DNA from: Candidatus Zhuqueibacterota bacterium
Lineage (GTDB): Bacteria; Zhuqueibacterota; Zhuqueibacteria; Thermofontimicrobiales; Thermofontimicrobiaceae
DNA: 64,000 nucleotides
Assembly (NCBI GenBank): GCA_049322915.1
Contig: JBMOPW010000007.1
Coordinates: 389,116 to 453,115, forward strand
Reading direction: 5' to 3'
Made by a program: the position numbers and the translations under genes. The notes beneath the pieces were generated by a model that did no database searches, was not told where the DNA came from, and was given only the letters and a program-made list of their open reading frames with translations. Shown here piece by piece: positions 61,584 to 64,000 of the stretch; position 1 is the stretch's first letter, and each line of letters opens with the position of its first letter.

Positions 61584-63995
61584 ATGGAAAAAAGAAAGTC
61601 GATCGATAAACTCATTATCAATACACCCTACGAAGTACCGGCAACGCACTGGTTTTATGAACGGGAAACGAGAACGTTCTACCAAAAAGAAGGGCGTCGT
61701 CCCGCCGGGTATGTCGTCGCTACCCCGGATTCAAAGGCGTTTGATGATCCCGGGCAATTCATTGAAATTGAATTGGTCAATAAAATTCGCCCGCGCATTC
61801 AAGACTGGAGAGAAAACGGTTATCCTGGCATTACCGGAATAACCGCCCGACTTTTAAAACACTGGCAGGACCCCGAAGAAAGAAAAGACCGGCGGTTCTT
61901 CTTTTGTCAATTGGAAACCATTGAAACCCTCATTTGGCTAACAGAAGCGCCGGCTTCAGAGAAAGTTGGTATTGATATTCCATCGGATGGCGGGGAATTC
62001 ATCCGGTGGTGCTGCAAAATGGCGACGGGTTCCGGGAAAACAATTATCATGGCAATGATAATCGCATGGAATATTTTAAACAAGGTCACAAATTCCAAAG
62101 ATATTCGGTTTTCAAAAAATGTATTGGTTGTTGCTCCCGGCCTGACAGTGAAAAGTCGTCTCAGCGTTCTCAATCCAAATGACGATGATAATTATTATGA
62201 AGAATTTAATATTGTCCCATCTGGCCTGATGGACAAGCTCAGGTTAGGCAAAATACTGATCATTAACTGGCATAAACTGGCGTGGGACACAGAAGAAAAA
62301 TTGGCCAAAAGAAAAAGCGTTGATAAACGCGGCGTGAAAAGTGATGAAGCGTATGTGCATGATGTTTTGGGTGACATGGCGAAATCAAACAATATTATTG
62401 TGATTAACGATGAAGCGCATCATGCCTGGCGCATCCCAGCAGAGTCGAAAATCAAAGGCGTTAAAAAGGAAGACATTGAAGAATCCACAATTTGGATAGG
62501 CGGGCTGGATCGGATTCATCGAGCAAGAAAAATCCTTCGATGTTTTGATTTATCGGCAACACCATTCGCTCCTTCAGGCAAAAAAAGCTCAGAAGAAGCG
62601 CTGTTCACCTGGGTTGTCAGTGATTTTGGTTTGAACGACGCGATTGAATCCGGTCTTGTAAAAACGCCGCGTGTTGTAATTCGCGACGATGCAAAAAGGA
62701 CTAAAGAATTAATGTCTCGTCTTTACCATATTTACATGGATCCGGATGTTAAGGATGACATAAACCGCAAAGCTGAAGAGTCAGAACCGTTACCAGATTT
62801 GGTAACAAATGCTTATTATCTTTTGGGAAAGGATTGGCTGGAGGCAAAAAAATCCTGGGAAAAAAGTGGCCATAAGGTTCCACCTGTAATGATAACCGTA
62901 GCGAATCGTGTAGAGACATCTGCAAGGATTAAATATTCTTTTGATTATAATCAAATCTTGATTCCTGAGTTGTGTCAGCCTGATAAAATCCTTCAAATCG
63001 ACAGCAAAGTTTTGGATCAGGCCGAATCTCAGGATGAAGTCGTTGATATTGAGATTGAAAATGATGATGAAAACGATGGCGAGAAGAAACTCACCAAAAA
63101 GCAACAAGCTGAACTGCTGCGTTTACAAGTCGATACAGTTGGAAAACAAGGCCAACCGGGAGAGCAAATTCAAAAAGTGATCTCAGTTGGGATGCTTTCG
63201 GAAGGTTGGGATGCAAAGACAGTGACCCATATAATGGGGTTGCGTGCCTTTTCAAGTCAGTTACTTTGCGAGCAGGTTGTTGGCCGTGGATTAAGACGTA
63301 CCTCTTATGAAGTGACTGAAAAAGGATTGTTCGAAGCTGAATACGTCAACATTTTTGGTGTGCCTTTTACTTTTCTTCCCCATGAAGGAGGAGATGGCCC
63401 GCCACCACCGCCACCACCGCCAAAAACAAAAATCGAACCTGTCAAAAAAAAGGAAGAATATAAAATTCAATGGCCGAATGTTCTCAGGATTGATCACGTT
63501 TATAAACCAAGATTAACTTTAGAAGATGCCAAGTCTATTGAATTAGATCCCTTGGAAGCAATCACGCAAGCAGAGCTTGCAGCTATAATTGCCGGAAAGC
63601 CCAATCTTGCTGCCCTTTCAGAAATTGACCTTCGGGAGCTTGCAGATAAATTCAGATTACAGACAATTATTTTTGAAACTGCGAAGCGTATTTATAATAA
63701 CGAAAATCCGAATTGGAAGGGCCGTAAAGAAATATTTTTAGTTCAGTTGATCAGGATTATCGAGCAGTTTATTAAATCCGATAAAATCATCATTCGAAAT
63801 GATTTGTTTAGTCAGGATAGAATGAAGCGAAGAATTTTGATTATGTTGAATATGGGCAAGATAGTTCAGCATCGGTCAAGTCTTTTTTTTCCTGTAAAAA
63901 AGAAAATTTGGAAATGGTCATGCAGCCAGTTTTTCAGAAATAAAGCCATCACCATTTTCAGCGAATTGATACAATTTTCGAATGTTCTTCAATAA
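61584..63995 (+). CDS. Type III-like restriction helicase subunit (Res), probably truncated near 63872
   Basis: MATGSGKT, DEAHH, SATP, MLSEGWD, EQVVGRGLRR; no nuclease domain before an aberrant tail. Confidence 0.85.
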   Translation: MEKRKSIDKLIINTPYEVPATHWFYERETRTFYQKEGRRPAGYVVATPDSKAFDDPGQFIEIELVNKIRPRIQDWRENGYPGITGITARLLKHWQDPEERKDRRFFFCQLETIETLIWLTEAPASEKVGIDIPSDGGEFIRWCCKMATGSGKTIIMAMIIAWNILNKVTNSKDIRFSKNVLVVAPGLTVKSRLSVLNPNDDDNYYEEFNIVPSGLMDKLRLGKILIINWHKLAWDTEEKLAKRKSVDKRGVKSDEAYVHDVLGDMAKSNNIIVINDEAHHAWRIPAESKIKGVKKEDIEESTIWIGGLDRIHRARKILRCFDLSATPFAPSGKKSSEEALFTWVVSDFGLNDAIESGLVKTPRVVIRDDAKRTKELMSRLYHIYMDPDVKDDINRKAEESEPLPDLVTNAYYLLGKDWLEAKKSWEKSGHKVPPVMITVANRVETSARIKYSFDYNQILIPELCQPDKILQIDSKVLDQAESQDEVVDIEIENDDENDGEKKLTKKQQAELLRLQVDTVGKQGQPGEQIQKVISVGMLSEGWDAKTVTHIMGLRAFSSQLLCEQVVGRGLRRTSYEVTEKGLFEAEYVNIFGVPFTFLPHEGGDGPPPPPPPPKTKIEPVKKKEEYKIQWPNVLRIDHVYKPRLTLEDAKSIELDPLEAITQAELAAIIAGKPNLAALSEIDLRELADKFRLQTIIFETAKRIYNNENPNWKGRKEIFLVQLIRIIEQFIKSDKIIIRNDLFSQDRMKRRILIMLNMGKIVQHRSSLFFPVKKKIWKWSCSQFFRNKAITIFSELIQFSNVLQ

Positions 63996-64000
63996 AACCA
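63873..64000 (-). mobile_element. Possible end of an insertion sequence (transposase-like C-terminus)
   Basis: Minus frame VLLKNIRKLYQFAENGDGFISEKLAA* ends at 63918, 45 nt from where Res becomes aberrant. Confidence 0.35.

Noticed and set aside
63398..63422. ccg/cca run in res as a phase-variation tract
   Set aside because: Mixed codons encoding a poly-proline linker, not a slippage repeat

Overview
Bacterial chromosomal window, probably from an FCB-superphylum lineage outside Bacteroidota (inferred from PorU-like sortases and FlgD/T9SS-type C-terminal domains). In order it holds: two tandem PorU-like C25 peptidases, rlmD, lon, class I fumarase and bcp; a ~24 kb phosphate-starvation island (phoB/phoR, two pstS, M28 peptidase, PAP2, TonB-dependent receptor, a T9SS cargo protein with a 936-bp identical internal duplication, a PhoU fused to a Cys-less ArsC/LMW-PTP domain, pstCA, two complementary-degenerate pstB, a HAD-GDPD fusion) with four sets of 11-nt-periodic pho-box-like repeats. 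The pst operon is interrupted by an AT-rich islet with an MNT-HEPN pair, a solo attC site and a foreign pstA fragment. Next come patatin/PlpD, a metallophosphoesterase, sigma54 regulators, a sigma70 factor, a ClpC-like ATPase with a natural Walker B E-to-Q change and an RsbU-like phosphatase. The window ends in a type III-like mod/res locus invaded by a GIY-YIG gene flanked by covarying hairpin repeats; a further repeat pair sits in-frame inside mod. Four sigma54-type promoters and several long fold-back intergenic elements are visible. All calls come from reading the sequence; no searches were run.
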